Shown: piece after piece, positions 58,691-64,000 of the stretch
Layout: each line of letters begins with the position of its first letter
Position numbering within the stretch: position 1 is the first letter of the stretch
Source: Candidatus Methanomethylophilaceae archaeon
Lineage (GTDB): Archaea; Thermoplasmatota; Thermoplasmata; Methanomassiliicoccales; Methanomethylophilaceae
Reading direction: 5' to 3'
Length of the DNA: 64,000 nucleotides
NCBI GenBank assembly: GCA_050950505.1
Contig: JBMNHS010000001.1
Coordinates: forward strand, 448,001-512,000
Position numbers and translations under genes: made by a program
The notes under the pieces: generated by a model
What the model saw: only the letters and a program-made list of their open reading frames with translations
What the model was told of the DNA's origin: nothing
Databases searched by the model: none

Positions 58691-60088
58691 ATGGAGGAAC
58701 TCCCCGAGAATGTTTCGGCAGTATCGCGTTTGTCGATATTCCTGAAACGTCCGATGATAACGATACTTCTTGTCGGAATTATCATACGCGCCGTACTCAT
58801 ACCCCTTCTTACATACAATTACGATATAGCGTTCTGGGCAACTACGATCCAACATGCGCAATCAAACAACGGACTTTACAATTTAGAAGGTTATTTTTAC
58901 ACTCCGGTCTGGGGATATATGTTAAGCTTCCTGGGACTGATTGGAAATTTCGTATTCGGGATATCTTCCTACGGAACAATGGCCGACGGTCTGCTGGCAT
59001 CCCTTGGAGCGGATTGGGAATTTTACGGCGTGATGACCGTTTCGCCGGAATTCAGTATTCTCGTGAAATCATTCCTCTCCGTATTTGATGTCATATGCGC
59101 ATACCTCATTTATACAATCGTCAAGAGATTCGGATATTCCGATCGCAAAGCAACAATGGCTTTCGGATTATGGTTCCTGTGCCCCATTGTAATTTACACA
59201 TCGGCCGTCCATGGAACTTTCGATAACATTTCCGTTTCATTTTTGCTTTTGTCTTTCCTGTTGGCCATGGACCGGAAATATATGTTGGCGGGAGCTTCTT
59301 TCAGCATTGCGGCGCTGACCAAATTTTTCCCCGCTTATCTGGCCTTCATGTTGCTGGCATATGTTCTGAGAACGAACAATGAACGCAATTCGAAAGCAAA
59401 AGCGATACTCAGTGTCGCCGCGGGAGTTTTGATTACGGCATTTTTAATACTTATCCCTCAGATTATGACAGGATACGCGTCTGAAGCTTTCGGTTTTGTG
59501 TTTGACCGTGTATCCTCCATTCAGAATGATGCGGATTCGCTATGGGATTTTATTGCGACAAACGGTATGTTAATCGTATTGTTATTGCAACCTTTGGCTT
59601 TTGCACTTCTTGGGGTCATGGCTTACAAGGCATATAAAGCGGAAGAGAGCAAATTCAATGAAACCTTCATGCTTATGTTCTTATTGAGCGCCACCGCAAT
59701 ATTCCTGTGGACCCCTGCCCCGACGTATCTTCTGCTGACAATACCGTTTTTGATATTCGTTGTCGTGACAGCCGAGTCCGAATCTCAGAAAAGGTACATC
59801 ATCCCCCTGATACTGCTGTTCGTATCGACGACGCTGTATTCCCTGATCATGCATAGCTTCTCCATATTGTTCCAGAGTTCCGTTTATATGGAACTCGTTT
59901 CTGCCGAAACGATATTGAACGGAATCGAATGGATGTCTCATATCATATCTGCGGGATTGACAAGACAAACGGCATTGAATTTAGTGATGGGGGCGCTGGA
60001 GACTTTGGCAATCTATTCAGTGTTCTTGGTATACATTATTAATCACATCACATCCAAAAAACGGAGGTCCGATTGTGTTGGACAATAA
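58691..60088 (+). CDS. Polytopic GT-C type glycosyltransferase (GT87/PIG-M-like)
   Basis: About 11-12 TM; YDI..W, YFYTP, LCP.VIY.SAVHG.FD and K.FP motifs. Confidence 0.75.
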   Translation: MEELPENVSAVSRLSIFLKRPMITILLVGIIIRAVLIPLLTYNYDIAFWATTIQHAQSNNGLYNLEGYFYTPVWGYMLSFLGLIGNFVFGISSYGTMADGLLASLGADWEFYGVMTVSPEFSILVKSFLSVFDVICAYLIYTIVKRFGYSDRKATMAFGLWFLCPIVIYTSAVHGTFDNISVSFLLLSFLLAMDRKYMLAGASFSIAALTKFFPAYLAFMLLAYVLRTNNERNSKAKAILSVAAGVLITAFLILIPQIMTGYASEAFGFVFDRVSSIQNDADSLWDFIATNGMLIVLLLQPLAFALLGVMAYKAYKAEESKFNETFMLMFLLSATAIFLWTPAPTYLLLTIPFLIFVVVTAESESQKRYIIPLILLFVSTTLYSLIMHSFSILFQSSVYMELVSAETILNGIEWMSHIISAGLTRQTALNLVMGALETLAIYSVFLVYIINHITSKKRRSDCVGQ

Positions 60089-60995
60089 AAATATCATAGC
60101 CGCAATCGCTGTGGTACTTATTGCCGCAATGTTTGTGGGGGAAGTGGCGATATACGTCAAAAATCCCTATTCTTATGATGCGGACGTTGTTTGGGACGAA
60201 GAGAGTTTGGAATACACTCTGACGGCTTCGAACAACATCACTTACGACCTCCTGGTTCTGGATAACGAAGATTCTGTCCCGGTAACAGAACTTATTATAT
60301 GCAGTAACGGAAGCGGCTATTTTGACAGGATAGTGAATGAGCTGACAATCCGAAACTTCAGTAATGTGATTATGACCGATTCAGAGAATATTGCGGATAT
60401 GATGGATGAGCCCGAAGGAAAGGCTATATTGATTCCGTACGGAGTGTTTCCTAAGGAAATTTATAACGGCAATTCCACGGATCCGTTGATGGAATGGTTC
60501 GCCGGCGGAGGTTCGGTATTCTGGTTCGGACATATGCCTTCCAACGGATATGTGAACGAGGAATATCTTACGCCACTGGGATTGTCCGAAGATGATTTCT
60601 GCACAAAGGAAAATTATTCATCCCTTCCGTCAGGAATGTTTTGCAAACCTTTGAGTCTGAGAAACAGCCTTGTTTACAATGGGTTGAAAGCGGATGCCGG
60701 AACACCTCTGGCATACGTATCCGACGACGGCTTCAGTTCTATCACCTCAAAGAAAGTTTTGAACGGGTCGCTTACCGTGTTTGCCGGCGGGCATACCTAT
60801 GAAAATTCAATGGATTGCGCACAACTGATATCCGCGGGCGTAACAGCCGACAGTGTACTGTCGAAACACGTAACCGGAGAAGTCAGAGGTTCAATCACGG
60901 AATCCGTGGTGTTCGGTACTGAGATCATTCCCGAAAACAATTCTGTTTATGTGTACATGGGCGGATACTATATCGTATACGGAAAAAGGTTCTGA
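60075..60995 (+). CDS. Hypothetical exported protein
   Basis: N-terminal hydrophobic anchor, acidic body, W...GG.VFW.G motif; overlaps the GT-C gene. Confidence 0.65.
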   Translation: MLDNKNIIAAIAVVLIAAMFVGEVAIYVKNPYSYDADVVWDEESLEYTLTASNNITYDLLVLDNEDSVPVTELIICSNGSGYFDRIVNELTIRNFSNVIMTDSENIADMMDEPEGKAILIPYGVFPKEIYNGNSTDPLMEWFAGGGSVFWFGHMPSNGYVNEEYLTPLGLSEDDFCTKENYSSLPSGMFCKPLSLRNSLVYNGLKADAGTPLAYVSDDGFSSITSKKVLNGSLTVFAGGHTYENSMDCAQLISAGVTADSVLSKHVTGEVRGSITESVVFGTEIIPENNSVYVYMGGYYIVYGKRF

Positions 60996-61048
60996 CATTT
61001 GATAACAAGTTCCAAATCGTTATTATATCAAATATTAATCACAACGTT

Positions 61049-61660
61049 ATGCCTGTCCCAAAGAAACTGTCTTTGCTGCTAGCCGTCATCGTTGTCGTAA
61101 TCTCCGCACTGAGCGCTGATTGGATGTGGTTCGGTGTAGCTTTGGTAGGCATCGCCGTGGTAATGTATCCCGGAAGAAAGGATGATTTCAGATACAATCC
61201 GATTCTTCTATGGACCGCATCGGCACTGTTGATCATTCAAATAATATTGGGGATATTGATTTTTGCAGATTTTCATGCAAAATCCTTTTGGATAGTTTCA
61301 CTGGCTATACAAACATGCATCTGTGCGGTTTACGGATACATGCTTGCGTTGCTGATTGACAGGTTCACGAGCATAAAACTCTCCGAACGCTGGATATTGA
61401 TGTTTTCATTGTTGTTCGCTTTGACAGTATCGGGAATTTATCTGTTTTTCCAATTTGCATCTCTTTATGCGGCAGGATATCCTGTGTTCAACTTTGAACT
61501 TCAGGGAGTGGTTTCCAACGAAGAGAGAATATGGATGAACCTGCAGCTGATGTATCCTCCCACGGTGGCGACGTTTGTTTCAATCTTTGCTGTTTTGATA
61601 CTTAGGCATTGGACGAAGCACAACAATTTATCCTTCAAGGGGGCAAATGCCCATGAATGA
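61049..61660 (+). CDS. Hypothetical membrane protein
   Basis: About 6 TM segments; coupled to the next gene. Confidence 0.65.
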   Translation: MPVPKKLSLLLAVIVVVISALSADWMWFGVALVGIAVVMYPGRKDDFRYNPILLWTASALLIIQIILGILIFADFHAKSFWIVSLAIQTCICAVYGYMLALLIDRFTSIKLSERWILMFSLLFALTVSGIYLFFQFASLYAAGYPVFNFELQGVVSNEERIWMNLQLMYPPTVATFVSIFAVLILRHWTKHNNLSFKGANAHE

Positions 61661-62309
61661 ACGCCACAGCAATTTGCTGGTGGATCTTGTATGCATGATA
61701 TCCTTCATTGTACTGATTGCAATGACGATAGAATCCCACTTCGGCAACGTTCGAACCGGATATCAGATAAACACAGGTCTGTTCACTGCCTTTTTCTGTC
61801 TTGTTCCCATGCTGTTCCGCCGTTTCAAAATAATGACATTGCCCTTGGCGTTCGTCGTGGCAATCGAAATAGCGATTTTCCTTCACGGTTACGGGGTGTT
61901 GATGCTGAGTTATGATAATCTTTCATGGTATGATTCCGTAACGCATACAATATCCTCTATCGTTGTCGGTCTCTGCGTGTTCTACGGTCTGATGGCCGTG
62001 AACAAAGCGGATGACAAAGTCAATCTGGGACGAAACGGGATGTCCATATTCATTATTCTCATAATGCTGTCATTCAGCGTTTACTGGGAAGTTTTCGAAT
62101 TGATAGTCGATATGCTGGCGGGAACAAACATGCAGTACAGTCCTTTCGATACCATGAGGGATATGATTTCAAACACGTTCGGAGGGGTCGTGGTCGCTTT
62201 GTACGTAAGGTGGTTCCTCAAAAAATGCCCGGATTATGACGTAATCGAATCGTTTGACATACATCCCCGCCTGGTCAAAATGGCCGCGCATTCAAGCAAG
62301 GACCAATAA
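61647..62309 (+). CDS. Membrane protein with D..H / WE..E / DT..D motifs (DUF2238/YjdF-like)
   Basis: WYDSVTHTISS, YWEVFELIVD, DTMRDM within TM segments. Confidence 0.7.
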   Translation: MPMNERHSNLLVDLVCMISFIVLIAMTIESHFGNVRTGYQINTGLFTAFFCLVPMLFRRFKIMTLPLAFVVAIEIAIFLHGYGVLMLSYDNLSWYDSVTHTISSIVVGLCVFYGLMAVNKADDKVNLGRNGMSIFIILIMLSFSVYWEVFELIVDMLAGTNMQYSPFDTMRDMISNTFGGVVVALYVRWFLKKCPDYDVIESFDIHPRLVKMAAHSSKDQ

Positions 62310-62403
62310 TTAAGATAATTAATTTATATAAGCAGACGATAGCAAGTTCTGCTCTCAAGAGCCGATGATTGATGAAGGTCAATGACCGGAAAGAGGTATC
62401 AAA

Positions 62404-62769
62404 ATGTCTATATTCGTTAAATTTGAGACACCGAAGGAACTTTCTGACAAAGCATATCAGCTTGCCGAAATCGCAAGAGACAGCGGCAAAGTCAAGAAAG
62501 GAACAAATGAAGTTACAAAAGCAGTCGAACGCGGAGACGCCGCAATGGTCATCATGGCCGTTGACGTGACTCCTCCGGAGATTCTCGCACACATTCCCGC
62601 ACTCTGTGAAGAGAGGGGTGTTGCGTACGTTTACGTTCCCAGCAAAGCCGAACTCGGCAATGCCATAGGACTTGAGAAACCCACCGCTTCAATTGCGATA
62701 ATCGATGTCGGAAAGGGAAAACAGCTCTCCGAAGACGTTGCAAAGGCAGTCGAAGAACTCAAAAACTGA
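62404..62769 (+). CDS. rpl7ae: 50S ribosomal protein L7Ae
   Basis: [27 protein letters not shown] motifs. Confidence 0.98.
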   Translation: MSIFVKFETPKELSDKAYQLAEIARDSGKVKKGTNEVTKAVERGDAAMVIMAVDVTPPEILAHIPALCEERGVAYVYVPSKAELGNAIGLEKPTASIAIIDVGKGKQLSEDVAKAVEELKN

Positions 62770-62780
62770 TGGTGATCTGA

Positions 62781-62993
62781 ATGGTTAACACTGACAGCAT
62801 CCCCGCGGAGGTCGTTGAAATCATCGGCCGCACCGGGATGACCGGTGAAGCCACCCAGGTCAAAGTCCGCGTATTGGACGGAAGGGACAAGGGAAGGATT
62901 ATCACCAGAAATATTATGGGTCCCGTCAGAATGGGCGACACTCTCATGCTGAGAGAGACTTCCAGAGAAGCCAGAAAACTCGGATCGAGGTGA
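62781..62993 (+). CDS. rps28e: 30S ribosomal protein S28e
   Basis: [33 protein letters not shown] motifs. Confidence 0.98.
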   Translation: MVNTDSIPAEVVEIIGRTGMTGEATQVKVRVLDGRDKGRIITRNIMGPVRMGDTLMLRETSREARKLGSR

Positions 62994-62998
62994 TGACG

Positions 62999-63226
62999 GT
63001 GGTCGAAATAAGAAAATGTTCATTCTGTGGCTCCGACATAGAACCCGGAACCGGTAAAATGTTCGTCAAAAGAGACGGAACCATTCTGCACTTTGACAAC
63101 AACAAATGCTACAAGAACATGATAGAGCTCAAGAGGGTTCCCAGAAGAACCGCATGGACTCAGAAAGCCATGGAAGAAAAAGTCGCACGCCTCAAGGTCG
63201 AAGAAAAGCGTGCCGGCGAGGAATGA
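62999..63226 (+). CDS. rpl24e: 50S ribosomal protein L24e
   Basis: [20 protein letters not shown]...WT; start approximate (62990-62999). Confidence 0.97.
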   Translation: MVEIRKCSFCGSDIEPGTGKMFVKRDGTILHFDNNKCYKNMIELKRVPRRTAWTQKAMEEKVARLKVEEKRAGEE

Positions 63227-63237
63227 TTTTCATGGCC

Positions 63238-63687
63238 ATGGAAAGAACCTACCTGATGATCAAACCCGACGGAGTCCAGCGCGGACTCTGCGGGGCCATC
63301 GTTTCCAGGTTCGAGAACAAAGGGCTCAAGATTCTCGGTATGAAGATGATGGCGATTCCCCGCGAAGTCGCGGAGTCCCATTACGGCGAACACAAGGACA
63401 AAAAGTTCTTCGGTTCCCTCATCGATTACATAACGTCAGGGCCGGTTCTCGTAATGGTGCTCGAAGGCGACAACGCCGTCTCCGTATGCAGAACACTCAT
63501 GGGTCAGACGAACCCTCAGGAATCCGCCCCCGGCACAATCCGCGGCGATTACTGCATGGTTACGGGCGTGAACATAATTCACGGATCCGACTCCGTTGAG
63601 TCGGCCGAAAGGGAAATATCTATATTCTTCAAACCCGAAGAGTTAGTTGAGTATACCAGAGATTCCGACAAGTGGATTTACGAGTAA
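63238..63687 (+). CDS. ndk: Nucleoside diphosphate kinase
   Basis: [26 protein letters not shown] motifs. Confidence 0.98.
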   Translation: MERTYLMIKPDGVQRGLCGAIVSRFENKGLKILGMKMMAIPREVAESHYGEHKDKKFFGSLIDYITSGPVLVMVLEGDNAVSVCRTLMGQTNPQESAPGTIRGDYCMVTGVNIIHGSDSVESAEREISIFFKPEELVEYTRDSDKWIYE

Positions 63688-63745
63688 TCAAACATCTTTC
63701 ACTCAAACCATTTATTCGACCGATGATGGGGGAACACGGGTTAAC

Positions 63746-64000
63746 ATGGGGATAAGGCAACCCGTGGTCAGCGTGTTGGGTCACGTGGACCACGGAAAAA
63801 CAAGACTTCTCGACAGAGTGCGCGGTACGACGGTTCAGTCCAGAGAAGCGGGAGCCATCACCCAGCACATCGGTGCCACCGAAGTTCCCATTGACCACAT
63901 CTATCGAATGTGCTCAACCATTATAGGGAAACAAAAATTCAACGTTCCCGGTTTACTTTTCATCGACACTCCGGGACATCAGGCCTTTATGACACTTCGT
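63746..64000 (+). CDS. infB: Translation initiation factor aIF5B/IF-2 (3'-partial)
   Basis: Manual translation: [19 protein letters not shown]...[13 protein letters not shown]...LLFIDTPGH. Confidence 0.96.
   Translation, partial: MGIRQPVVSVLGHVDHGKTRLLDRVRGTTVQSREAGAITQHIGATEVPIDHIYRMCSTIIGKQKFNVPGLLFIDTPGHQAFMTLR

Noticed and set aside
1-64000. tRNA, rRNA, integrase, prophage or defence genes
   Set aside because: None recognised by eye in the intergenic gaps or ORFs; a tRNAscan-SE/Infernal run is needed to exclude small RNAs.

Overview
Archaeal chromosome segment, most consistent with Thermoplasmata and probably Methanomassiliicoccales. The taxon is inferred from archaeal r-protein clusters, phosphopantothenate synthetase, PriL, SEL1 and Listeria-Bacteroides-repeat proteins and near-absence of TAG stops; no methanogenesis or pyl genes are in the window. 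Housekeeping blocks are secE-spt5-L11, L1-L10-L12, pps-ahcY-pfkB-AK6-CDP-alcohol transferase, priL, malic enzyme, EF-1beta and L7Ae-S28e-L24e-ndk-aIF5B. They flank an AT-richer surface-glycan island (about 14.2-48.2 kb) and a second glycosylation cluster (about 49.6-62.3 kb). The island encodes UDP-Galf synthesis, two GlfT2-like transferases and a complete 2-hydroxyethylphosphonate pathway. It also encodes a LicD transferase fused to recently expanded SEL1-like repeats, a candidate HAD+PRT ribofuranosyltransferase, heptose enzymes and two paralogous Wzm/Wzt exporters. In both Wzt proteins the ATPase is fused to about 630 aa of SEL1 repeats rather than the usual carbohydrate-binding module. Two glycan genes have an in-frame TAG at codon 11 that must be read through to give a complete fold, which points to pyrrolysine recoding. 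Two IS1634-type elements with broken transposases flank licD, and one sits inside a decayed relative of the other.
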